This document shows positions 1 through 11,506 of a stretch of DNA of 64,000 bases, piece by piece. Where the stretch lies: contig JAXGQJ010000004.1 in assembly GCA_040766505.1 (NCBI GenBank), forward strand, positions 17,549-81,548. Reading direction: 5' to 3'. The position numbers and the translations under genes are program-made. The notes beneath the pieces are model-generated. The model had not been told where the DNA came from and ran no database searches. It was given only the letters and a program-made list of their open reading frames with translations. This DNA comes from Clostridiales bacterium. GTDB lineage: Bacteria; Bacillota; Dehalobacteriia; UBA7702. The number at the start of each line of letters is the position of its first letter. Positions within the stretch are counted from its first letter, which is position 1.

Positions 1-954
1 GCATCTTCGCGAATACCGCCGGCAATTCCCCGTCCTTCCCGGCAGCGGCGGCCATTCTTCCCGCCGCCACGATCCAGGTTACCGCCTGGGAAAAGAGGAT
101 GGAGAGAAAAATCAAACCGAGGCCATAGACGATCCAGTCGCCGGCGAAGCCCAGTTCCCCCAAGAAGAAAAAGCAATCCATGATCGCCGTGACGATCGTT
201 GTATTTTCCGAGGGTACGATCACCAGAATCGCCAGCACCGCCACGATATAGAGGACGGAGATCAATACCGCGTTGCCGAGGGTGGCGACGGGCACGTCCC
301 GCACCGGGTTTTTCATTTTATTTCCCACCGTCGACATCACTTCAAAACCGAGATAATTGTAGATCAAGGCCGGGAAAAAGATAAACCCCTCATCGAGCCG
401 AGGAATAAAGCGGGCCAAGGAAAAATCATTGGCCGGCGCATTGCCCCGCAAAAGGAAGAAGGCGGCGGCCAGCGCCATGGAAAGAGCGATGGTAATTTTG
501 AAAACGGCGGCCATATTCGTTAAAAAGGTGGTGGCTTTCAGAGGACGCAGGCCGAACAGAATGATCAGCCAGATCATGGCGACGGCCATCGCGATCTGGG
601 CGGGAAAGGAAACCGCGCCCAAAAAGACCTGCCCAAGGATGCTGACCGTAAAAATGCTGGTCGAAGAAATCCAAATCGCATTGTTGACCCAATAATACCA
701 GGAAATTCTCGCGCCCCAGCGTTTGCCATAAGCCAGCTTGACCCAGCGATACATGCCCCCTTCGGCGGGAAAGCGGGAGCCCATTTCCGCCATAATCAGG
801 CCGGAAGGAAAGAAAAAGATGGCGGTGATGATCAGCGACCAACCGATGGAGGCAGGCCCCATGGAGGCCACTGGGCCCACCGTATCTAAAAAGAACATCA
901 CGCAGATCATGCCGAGAAAGATGTCCCGGCGTTTTAAGCCGTCTTCCCTTTGGT
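1..954 (-). CDS. APC-family amino acid permease, paralog 2 (C-terminal part lies beyond window start)
   Basis: minus-strand frame reads VENQREDGLKRRDIFLGMICVMFFLDTVGPVASMGPASIG..., colinear with N-terminus of permease 1028..2428; GTG start 952..954 preceded by GGAGGTG; plus-strand ORFs 429..695 and 738..986 are antisense shadows mirroring shadows 1851..2183 and 2226..2615 of the paralog. Confidence 0.7.
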
Positions 955-988
955 TTTCCACTACATTTTACACCTCCAGCGACTGAAT

Positions 989-1021
989 TTGCCGGCGCCG
1001 GGGCCAAACCGGCGTCGGCAA
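989..1021 (-). other. near-perfect 13-bp inverted repeat (TTGCCGaCGCCGG / CCGGCGcCGGCAA) between the two tandem permease genes; possible attenuator or processing hairpin, no U-tract
   Basis: read directly; 7 nt after stop of 1028..2428 and about 30 nt before start of next permease. Confidence 0.4.
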
Positions 1022-1027
1022 GGGCCA

Positions 1028-2428
1028 TTACTCCACCGCCTTTCCTTTCTTCACGCTGCGCCAGGTCAAATATTCACCGACGGCGAGGGCGATGAGAACG
1101 CCGGCGAGCAGGGGCAAGGCTTCCGCGGCATAAAAGGGCTGGCCAGGCACCCAGAAAAAGACAAAAATGGTAAAGAGCAAGATGATCTGGCTGATATGGG
1201 CAAAAACGGTTCCCACCATTGGCGGGCCGGGGAAGCGGTAAGGCCGGGGCGTCGACCGATCCGATTTCCGCATCTTGAGATAGCCCTGGTAATTGATAAG
1301 ATAGGGGATCAAAAAGATGATGCTGGTAAAAGCGAAAAGCGTCCAGAACAGGTCTTCGGCGGAACCGGCCATAAAGCCGTAAAGCAATGTGAGAACCGTA
1401 CCCACCGTACCGGTGATCAACAGCGTGCCGAGAGGCGTATCGTTTTTCTTATGAAATTTGGCGAAAACCTGCGGCAGTTCATGGTCGACGGCGGCTTCCG
1501 CGGCCATCCGGCTGGAAGCGACGATCCAAGTAACGGTTTGGGCAAAGAGGATCGACAGGAACATGCAGCCCACCAAAATGATAACCGCCGAGGTGATGGG
1601 CCCGGAGCCGAGGCTGATCATAAAGGTATCGAGAATGCCTTCCACGATATTGATTTCCTCCATCGGGATGATCACCAGGATCGCCAGGGTGGTCAAGATA
1701 TAAAGCAGCGAAATCAGCACCGCATTGCCGATGGTGGCCCTGGGTACGTCCCGGGCCGGGTTTTTCATCTGGCTCCCCATTGAGGACATCACTTCAAAAC
1801 CAAGGTAATTATAAATCAAAGCAGGGAAAAAAGCGAAGGATTGCCCCAAGGTGGGCCGAAAATTGGCGAGGGAAAGATCGCTGGCGGCGCTGCCGTTCCG
1901 GAAGAAAAAGAGGCAGGCGCAGCCAATGATACCACCGGCGATGATGAGCTTAAACAGGGCCGCCACATTGGTCACCCATTTCGATTCCTTGATGGGCCGC
2001 AAACAGACGAGGATCACCAGCCAGATCATGGCGATGGTGAGAACGATCTGCACCGGGAAAGAAATATGGGGCAAAAAAAGCTGGGAAAAAACACCGATGG
2101 TAAAGGTGCAAACGGAAGAAATCCAAACCGCATTGTTGACCCAATACATCCAGGAAACCCGGGCCCCCCAGCGTTTGCCATAGGCCCGCTTCACCCAGGC
2201 GTACATGCCGCCCTCTTCGGGATAGGTGGCGCCGAGTTCCGCAAAGATCAGGCCGGAGGGAAAGAAAAAGATGACGGTGATAATCAAAGACCAGGTAATG
2301 GCCGACGGGCCCATCGCCGCCACAGGGCCGATGGTATCGAGAAAGAACATCACGCAGATCATGCCCAAAAAGATGTCGAGGCCGGTTAAACTCTTTTTCC
2401 GTACCGGCGGGGGAGAAATTTCACTCAT
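1028..2428 (-). CDS. APC-family amino acid permease, paralog 1
   Basis: ORF 1028..2497; multi-TM with FAELGATYPEEGGMYAWVKRAYG; start moved to ATG 2426..2428 (MSEISPPP...) which has AGGAG 9 nt upstream. Confidence 0.8.
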   Translation of the reverse strand: MSEISPPPVRKKSLTGLDIFLGMICVMFFLDTIGPVAAMGPSAITWSLIITVIFFFPSGLIFAELGATYPEEGGMYAWVKRAYGKRWGARVSWMYWVNNAVWISSVCTFTIGVFSQLFLPHISFPVQIVLTIAMIWLVILVCLRPIKESKWVTNVAALFKLIIAGGIIGCACLFFFRNGSAASDLSLANFRPTLGQSFAFFPALIYNYLGFEVMSSMGSQMKNPARDVPRATIGNAVLISLLYILTTLAILVIIPMEEINIVEGILDTFMISLGSGPITSAVIILVGCMFLSILFAQTVTWIVASSRMAAEAAVDHELPQVFAKFHKKNDTPLGTLLITGTVGTVLTLLYGFMAGSAEDLFWTLFAFTSIIFLIPYLINYQGYLKMRKSDRSTPRPYRFPGPPMVGTVFAHISQIILLFTIFVFFWVPGQPFYAAEALPLLAGVLIALAVGEYLTWRSVKKGKAVE

Positions 2429-2611
2429 GCTTCTCACTCCTTGTATTAAATCATCGAAAGCGCGGTTAAAGACCCAAAGGCCTTTGTCAAAAACCAAAGC
2501 GTTTAATGAGGGAGGGATAGGGGGCTCTTGCCCCCTGCCTTTCCTGCTTTATCCCGCGGAGGGCCTTGAACCGCGCCGCCGAAACGCCGCCCGCAAAACG
2601 CGGGGCCAAAC

Positions 2612-4084
2612 TTAGGCAATCCCCAAATCCTTCTCTTCTTTAAGAATCATTTCCCGGATTTCCTTTTGCACATCTTCGGGCAAAGGCGTCGGCTTATGGG
2701 TTTTTAGGATGCGGATGGCCTCCCGGTCGCATTTTTCCACCAGGCTTTGGCTGCCCTCGGCCTGCCAGACATCGATCATATTGCGGTCGATCCATTTCGG
2801 CGTCGATTGGAAATTGCGCACCCGCTTCATCGTATGGGGTTCCGTCAGATAATTGCCGCCGGGGCCGATCTCCTTGATCAAGTCCACGGCCAGGCTTTCA
2901 TCGTCTCCGGGAATGCCCTGTAACACATGGCGCACCATCGCGGCAAATTCATTGTCCATGACCATCTGGCCATAACCCAAGGTAATGCCGAGTTCCAACA
3001 TGCCGAGACCGTAAATCAAATTGGCGCCGGCCAAAGCCGGCAGCAATGCCGTCAATGTCTTTTCATGGCCGGCCTGAATGTCGGCAAGTTTACTGTCCGC
3101 CTAGCCCCCCGCGACGAAACTGGGAATTTGGTAAAATTGGGCCATCCTCGCCACGGCGGCGCTGATCATACCCAGTTCGGGGCAGCCCACGGTGGCGCTG
3201 GCCCGGCGCAAATCGAGAATTGTGGTGGAGCTGCCATAGGTGACGGGATTGCCGGGGTTCACCATCTGGATCAGCACGATATTGGCGAGAATTTCGGCAT
3301 TGTGCACCACCAGTGTCCCCGCCAGGGTGATGGGGGAGGAGCCGCCGGCCATCGCCATCGACAGCGGATTACAGGGCAAACCGACCTTGGCATATTCCAT
3401 CAACATTTCCGTATTGCCCTTTGCCAAGGTCAATGGGCTGACGGGGCAGCCGCCCCCGGAGATGATCGGCCTTTCCTTCAATTTGTCCACACCGCCGACG
3501 ATCGCCGCCGCCATGGCGATGGCGATTTTCGCCTGGTGGGCGTCTTCCGCTCCCTGGCTTTGGTGCTTCGTTGTATTGCTGAGGGTCGCCTCGGCATTGT
3601 GCAGCATCGCCACCTTTTCATGTTTGTCCCGGGCCGTCAGGGTCTGCTCGATCACGTCGATTTGGTCTAAGGCGTCCACCAGCTTCGCCACATCGGCAAT
3701 GTCTTGCTTTGTTGAAGGGCGGCGCTCCTTCGTATCGGGATCCTCTACCATGATCCCTTCGCCAAAAGTAAGGAAGTTGACGCGCCTTCCCTCCAAAACC
3801 ACATCGTTCTTGGGATCCCTCCCGGCCAACAGCACTTTGGGCGGTGCTTTCCGAATCGCGTCTTCTACGACGGAACCGGGGATCCGCACAATTTTTTTGT
3901 CCCAGTCCACCCGGCAGCCGTGCTCTTCATAGACGGCCATCGCCGCTTCACTCTCTACAAAGATGCCGGTATATTCCAGCACGTCCAAGGTATCGAGGTG
4001 GATTTTATACAGCGTGTCTTCGCTCATCACCTGAAGGCTGAAACCCTCATAGGCGCCGCCGCCGGCGGCATAATTTCTCCTCAT
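2612..4084 (-). CDS. mttB: trimethylamine:corrinoid methyltransferase MttB, pyrrolysine-containing (in-frame UAG at 3101..3103)
   Basis: ORFs 3101..4084 (N-part ending ..[14 protein letters not shown]) and 2612..3055 (C-part) are in one frame separated only by TAG; read-through gives ..[39 protein letters not shown].., the MttB Pyl context; MttB-superfamily similarity over full length. Confidence 0.85.
3101..3103 (-). other. in-frame amber codon, predicted pyrrolysine codon of mttB copy 1
   Basis: cta on plus strand = UAG on minus strand at junction of ORFs 3101..4084 and 2612..3055. Confidence 0.8.
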
Positions 4085-4096
4085 CGTCTCTCCTCC

Positions 4097-5515
4097 TTAT
4101 CCTTCAAGGTCTATACGGGCCTTCGCGGCAATTTCGTCCATGGCGGCCACCACATCGGCGGAAAGCGGCTTTGCCTTATGGTTGGCCAAAATCTCGGCCA
4201 ATCTGTCCTGGGCCAAAGCGCGGTAATTCTGGCCGCCGGCAGCGAAAAGGAAGGAATTTTCCGCCTTTTCCATAAAGATTTCCCGGCGGAAATGGCGGAA
4301 GGTATGGTCGTGGCTGAGGAAATTGCCCCGGGGCCCCATTTCGGCGATCACGTCGAGGGCGGCGGTTTCCGCATCCAGGCTGAACTCCCGCAAATAGGCT
4401 TTGCTGTAACGGTAGACTTCGAGATCGAGAACAACGTCGACCAGCGAAGAGCTGAGACAGCTTTCCCGGGTGCCGAACCAACAGCAAACGTCGGGCCGGG
4501 TCATCAGCTTCATCGCCAGTTTATAGACATTGCGTTCGAACCCGGCGACGGTGGAGAAGTCTTTGAATTCCACGGTGCCGCCAACCTCGGAAGGCAGGCC
4601 GTAGAACCGGGCCATATCCACATCGGCGGCGCCCAAAAGCAAATATTCGCTGTTTTCATAGTCGATGCCACCGGTTCGCAAATCCGGCGCGCCGGCATCG
4701 GAAGAATAGAAGAAGCGGGCGTCTTCGGCGGCGCACTTCGCCACCATATAACAGGCCAGCACCTCGCTGTTGACCAATAGGGTGTCGGCGGCGACGGTCG
4801 CCGGGGAAGTGGTGGTCATCTGTGGCAGCGACATCGGGATGATCGGAATGCCGTGGCGGGCGGAAACGGCAATGGCGTCGGCAATGCCCCCTTCCAGCGC
4901 CAGCGGCGTTGTAGGCGCGGAAAGCAAAGACATGATCGGGTTTTTCCGCAGCCGGTCGGTACCGCCGGTGACGGCGGCAGCCAGCTCGATTTGCCATTGG
5001 GCCAGTTTGCCCGAGGCGGAAGAGCACTGTATATGTTTCGTTAAGTTACGAAACGAAATGTCCAGCGCTTTAAACTCCTGGTATTCCCCGTCAAATTCAT
5101 GGGGGAACATCAGCGGCCAAAAGCAGTCCATATCCGCGGAAGCGTCGGCTAAAATACAAAGCTGGGTCAAATCGTTCTCGGTCACATAACGTTTTTTGCC
5201 ACTGTCCTCGTCTTGAATATAGGGAACATAACCGGCTGGGGTTGTGAAGGGATGCCCGCCGGCGGGAAGGGACAGGGTGTGCTTTTCATCCCTCGCCCCC
5301 AACGGGAAAGAGGAAATGGCGAGGCCCAACATTTCCTTCACCATTTCTGCGGGGAACCGCACATTGTCGCCGATGACCTTGGCCCCCTTTTTCGCCAATA
5401 GGCCGCGAACCTCTTCGCTGCCGATATAAACACCGACGGTGGACAAGAGCTCCAATGTCTTTTCGTGGATATATTCCTGCTCTCCTCTACTTAATAATGA
5501 CAATTGTGTACGCAT
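4097..5515 (-). CDS. MttB-superfamily methyltransferase without pyrrolysine (MtgB/MtpB/MtcB-like quaternary-amine:corrinoid methyltransferase candidate)
   Basis: ORF 4097..5689; uninterrupted frame with sense codons at the Pyl column (..FYGLPSEVGGTVEFKDF..); start set to ATG 5513..5515 (MRTQLSLLSRGEQEY) with AAAGGAGA 7 nt upstream; 12-nt gap to mttB. Confidence 0.8.
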   Translation of the reverse strand: MRTQLSLLSRGEQEYIHEKTLELLSTVGVYIGSEEVRGLLAKKGAKVIGDNVRFPAEMVKEMLGLAISSFPLGARDEKHTLSLPAGGHPFTTPAGYVPYIQDEDSGKKRYVTENDLTQLCILADASADMDCFWPLMFPHEFDGEYQEFKALDISFRNLTKHIQCSSASGKLAQWQIELAAAVTGGTDRLRKNPIMSLLSAPTTPLALEGGIADAIAVSARHGIPIIPMSLPQMTTTSPATVAADTLLVNSEVLACYMVAKCAAEDARFFYSSDAGAPDLRTGGIDYENSEYLLLGAADVDMARFYGLPSEVGGTVEFKDFSTVAGFERNVYKLAMKLMTRPDVCCWFGTRESCLSSSLVDVVLDLEVYRYSKAYLREFSLDAETAALDVIAEMGPRGNFLSHDHTFRHFRREIFMEKAENSFLFAAGGQNYRALAQDRLAEILANHKAKPLSADVVAAMDEIAAKARIDLEG

Positions 5516-5560
5516 TTTTGGTCTCCTTTCCTGCGATGGCCACTCGCTTATCCATTCATA

Positions 5561-5577
5561 ATGCAAATCCGATGCCA
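5561..5577 (-). promoter_or_regulatory. sigma-54 (-24/-12) promoter candidate TGGCAT-N5-TTGCAT
   Basis: minus strand 5577->5561 reads TGGCATCGGATTTGCAT with correct GG-N10-GC spacing; about 46 nt upstream of the MttB-family start codon and directly downstream of a sigma-54 activator gene. Confidence 0.55.
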
Positions 5578-5591
5578 TCCCAAGAAAAACG

Positions 5592-5630
5592 ATAAAAAAA
5601 TCCCCTCTCGGATGTTTCAAAAGAGGGAGA
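5592..5630 (-). terminator. rho-independent terminator of the sigma-54 activator gene
   Basis: minus strand CTCCCTCTT-13 nt loop-GAGAGGGGA followed by TTTTTTTAT. Confidence 0.5.
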
Positions 5631-5787
5631 ACAAGCCGGTCTAGGAATTTGTCCTTTCGGACACAGTTTTCAATCGATGGCGGCATCAAAAATACGCCGT
5701 ATTTTTCGGACGGAAAGCAAAAACAGCGGCAAAAACGATACGGTTGCGCTACATATCGGAACAGCAGCGATACAGCAACGAGACACT

Positions 5788-7698
5788 TTATTCCGTTTTT
5801 TCCTCCAAACGCTTCAAACGCCGGTAAAGGGTCGAGCGGGCGACGCCCATATTTCGGGCGGCCAGGGAAATATTGCCATTGGCGGCCTTCAAGTGTTCCA
5901 ACAGCTCCTTTTCTTCCGATTCCTCCCGGCGGCGGGCTTCCTTGGCCAAAATGGCGGCAACGCTTTCCTTTATTGCGGGCTTTTCCGCTTCCCGCTTCGG
6001 CTTTTGCAGGGTGCCGGCAATATGCTGGGGCAAATCCTGCGGCGTGATCTTAGCGCCACCGGAAAGGTATAATACCCGCTCGGCCACATTCTGCAATTCC
6101 CGCACATTGCCGGGCCAATCATAGCGGCTTAAAGCCGCCAGCACCTTGGGATCAATGGCGGCCAGGGTTTCCTCCTTGCTGTAGCGCGCCAAAAAGTTGC
6201 TGAACAAAAGCAAAATGTCCTCTTTTCGTTCCCGCAAGGGCGGAATATGAAGGTTGATAACATTCAGGCGATAATAGAGATCCTGGCGGAAATTTTTCCG
6301 CATCACCTCTTCCAGCAAATCCTTATTGGTAGCGCAGATGATGCGCACATCCACCGGAATTTCCCGGCTGCCCCCCACCCGGGTGATGCGCCGCTCCTGG
6401 ATCACCCGCAATAGGGCGGCCTGCTGCTCCAAGGGCATATCACCGATTTCATCGAGGAAGATGGTGCCGCCCCGGGCCAGTTCGAATTTGCCCGGTTTGC
6501 CTCCTTTTTTTGCCCCGGTGAAGGCCCCCTCATCATAGCCCAACATCTCCGAGCCCACCAGTTCCCTGGGGATCGCGCCACAGTTGACGGCGACAAAAGG
6601 CCCCTTATAACGGGCGCTGCTGTTGTGGATCGATTGGGCGAACAGCTCCTTGCCGGTGCCGCTTTCCCCTTCGATCAAGACGCTGCAATCGCTGGCCGCC
6701 GCTTGCCGGGCGAGGAAGATCGTTTCCTGCAAATTGCCGCTATTGGTCACAATATCGGAAAATTGGAAACGGGACTGGGCGCCGCTGAAGATATTGACCA
6801 GCTTATGCACTTGGGCGATGGGCTTTAATACCAAAAGGCTGCGATGGGAATCCTCCCCCTTGGCCTGCAGCGGTACACCGGAAGCAACAAAGTGGCAATC
6901 CCCGCTCTTCAGCGGAAAATGCATTTCTACGTCGCCAAATTTCCTCCGTTGAAAGATCAGCCGGTGCAAATAAGAATTGGTATCTTGCAATATCTGCCGT
7001 TTAAAACAGGCCAGCAGCTCGTCTCCGGCGGACAACCACTGCTTGTCCGGCCCATAATTCCAAAAAGCGCCGTTGCCATCGGCTTCCAACACGACGATCC
7101 CTTCGGAAATGCTGGCGAGAACCGTCTTTAAATCCTGGTTGACGATGGCCAGTTCCCGGTTGGTCTTGGCCAATTCCTGGGTACGCTGGCGCACCTGGCG
7201 TTCCAATTCCCCCTGCAAATTTTTGAAATGGGTGATGTCCCGGCCTACGTCTTGGTATTCCAACACATTGCCGTATTCATCATAGAAGCAACGGCCGACG
7301 CTTTCCACCCAAACGATGCTGCCATCGGGTTGGCGCACACGGTATTCATATTTGTAATAGGGATTTTCCGGCGTCAGCGCCGCCACCGCCGCATCGATGG
7401 CGGGGCAATCCTCCTTAACGAGAAAATCCATTGTGTTCTGGCCCAAAAGCGCCTCGGGTTCCACATTGTAGAGCTGGCACAAGGCTTCGTTTACATAGAG
7501 AAGGCGATAGTCGGGGCCGGAGCGCTCCACGCATTCCGTCATATTCTCTAAAATGGAATCGTACTGGGCTTTTCGCAAGCGCAGCTCGGCGATTTCCCGG
7601 TTCTGTTCCTCTATCTTCGCCTCGGCATTTGCCAATGCTTCTTTAAGGCCCGCCGCCGAAGCCGCGGCCTTCGTTTCCGTCGGTTCCATCGCATCCAT
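5788..7698 (-). CDS. sigma-54-dependent transcriptional activator with N-terminal PAS sensor region, AAA+ domain and Fis-type HTH
   Basis: 636-aa ORF; GESGTGKE Walker A, GAFTGA sigma-54 contact motif, C-terminal ..LEHLKAANGNISLAARNMGVARSTLYRRLKRL. Confidence 0.85.
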   Translation of the reverse strand: MDAMEPTETKAAASAAGLKEALANAEAKIEEQNREIAELRLRKAQYDSILENMTECVERSGPDYRLLYVNEALCQLYNVEPEALLGQNTMDFLVKEDCPAIDAAVAALTPENPYYKYEYRVRQPDGSIVWVESVGRCFYDEYGNVLEYQDVGRDITHFKNLQGELERQVRQRTQELAKTNRELAIVNQDLKTVLASISEGIVVLEADGNGAFWNYGPDKQWLSAGDELLACFKRQILQDTNSYLHRLIFQRRKFGDVEMHFPLKSGDCHFVASGVPLQAKGEDSHRSLLVLKPIAQVHKLVNIFSGAQSRFQFSDIVTNSGNLQETIFLARQAAASDCSVLIEGESGTGKELFAQSIHNSSARYKGPFVAVNCGAIPRELVGSEMLGYDEGAFTGAKKGGKPGKFELARGGTIFLDEIGDMPLEQQAALLRVIQERRITRVGGSREIPVDVRIICATNKDLLEEVMRKNFRQDLYYRLNVINLHIPPLRERKEDILLLFSNFLARYSKEETLAAIDPKVLAALSRYDWPGNVRELQNVAERVLYLSGGAKITPQDLPQHIAGTLQKPKREAEKPAIKESVAAILAKEARRREESEEKELLEHLKAANGNISLAARNMGVARSTLYRRLKRLEEKTE

Positions 7699-7722
7699 CC
7701 TGGAGATCCTCCCTTCCGTTTC

Positions 7723-7752
7723 AAAAAAAGGGCGCCGCCAAATCGACGCCCC
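7723..7752 (-). terminator. rho-independent terminator after proS
   Basis: minus strand GGGGCGTCGATTTGGCGGCGCCC followed by TTTTTTT. Confidence 0.45.
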
Positions 7753-7781
7753 TTGCCTTATTATGGTTTTGCGCCGAAGCC

Positions 7782-10535
<2,754 letters not shown>

Positions 10536-10559
10536 CAAAGCCGAAAATCACCACCATCA

Positions 10560-11506
10560 CGACCAGAGGGGCAAGCCGACAAACGGTCGGTCCTTCCACC
10601 TTAGGGTTAACGTACGCCCGATGCCCTTCGATCCCCGGTGTTGACCGGCGCGGTCGAGGGCCGGCACCGGCAATAAGCGACGACGTTGAGATTGACGCTG
10701 ATGGCGCCGGCGGGTGATCGCGGTACCGATCGGTACAGAGATGTTTCACCTGCCCTGCCTCACATTTGCCCGACGGCCGACGTAATCGCCACTCCCAGTT
10801 TACCTTGCGCCGGTCACCATTTCAAACAGCGCACCGGATCAGCCTAACCACCCAGGTCGTTCAAACCCCTTTTCACTGCGCCGAAAATGGACATCATCTC
10901 CGTACCGCGGACGATGCCCAATTACGCCCGGCCTGATCGCGTCCACTTCCGGGGGTAACGGCGATGTCCAGGCGTTCACCGGCGTGCGGCCACCGCCCAC
11001 CCATTTCCATGCCCCGGTTGGCGCCGACCTGTTCCGCCCATTTCCCGCGGAAATCGGCGCCCCGCCGATGGCGACGACTTCATCCCCACCTCGATCCCGG
11101 CGGCGGCGGCGGGCTGCCCCGCCTGCACCTCACCGATGCGGGCCTCTTTTACCGGAGAACCCAACATCATGAAGGCGACGATGAAAAGCAGAATCGCCAG
11201 GATAAAGTTGAAGAGAGCGCCGCCAAAAACCACCAGCATCCGCTGGGGTACGGTTTTTTTATCAAAGCCGTTGGGATGCTCGCTCTCCCCGTCCTCCCCG
11301 GGCATTTTGCAATAGCCGCCAATGGGAAACAGCCGCAGCGAATAATAGGTTTCCCGGCCTTGAAAGCCGATCAATTTAGGCCCCATGCCGATGGCGAATT
11401 CCTCTACATAAATTCGGTTCAGCTTGGCAAAAAGCAGGTGCCCTCCCTCGTGAAACAGGATCACAAGGCCGAAGAGCAGCAAGGTCAAAGCGATGGTTAT
11501 GAGCAT
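10560..11506 (-). pseudogene. rseP: RIP zinc metalloprotease RseP (site-2 protease); frame broken
   Basis: N-terminal 176-aa ORF 10976..11506 with HEGGH motif and TM helices; C-terminal part in other frames. Confidence 0.6.

Noticed and set aside
199-2615. Plus-strand ORFs 199..384, 429..695, 738..986, 950..1783 (277 aa), 1458..1703, 1841..2389, 1851..2183, 2226..2615
   Set aside because: They lie antisense to the two permease genes. The same shadow-peptide patterns recur over both paralogs (for example ..SQIMATAI.. versus ..SQIMAMVR..), which is what high-GC antisense frames of homologous genes look like. No RBS and no domain similarity.
3101-3103. Interpreting the TAGs in mttB (x2) and mtbB as nonsense mutations or pseudogenes
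   Set aside because: Three different genes each carry exactly one TAG, each at the known Pyl alignment column, with different flanking nucleotide sequence and otherwise intact frames on both sides. Random truncation or assembly indels cannot produce that.
2927-4780. Plus-strand ORFs 2927..3670, 3240..3932, 3920..4780 and minus-strand 4176..4487/4656..5027
   Set aside because: Antisense or off-frame shadows inside the mttB and MttB-family genes, Arg/Gly/Pro-rich as expected for GC-rich non-coding frames.
5516-5689. 58-codon N-terminal extension of ORF 4097..5689
   Set aside because: The extension would swallow the sigma-54 promoter and terminator region and has no RBS. The internal ATG 5513..5515 has a strong RBS and yields the canonical MttB-family N-terminus.
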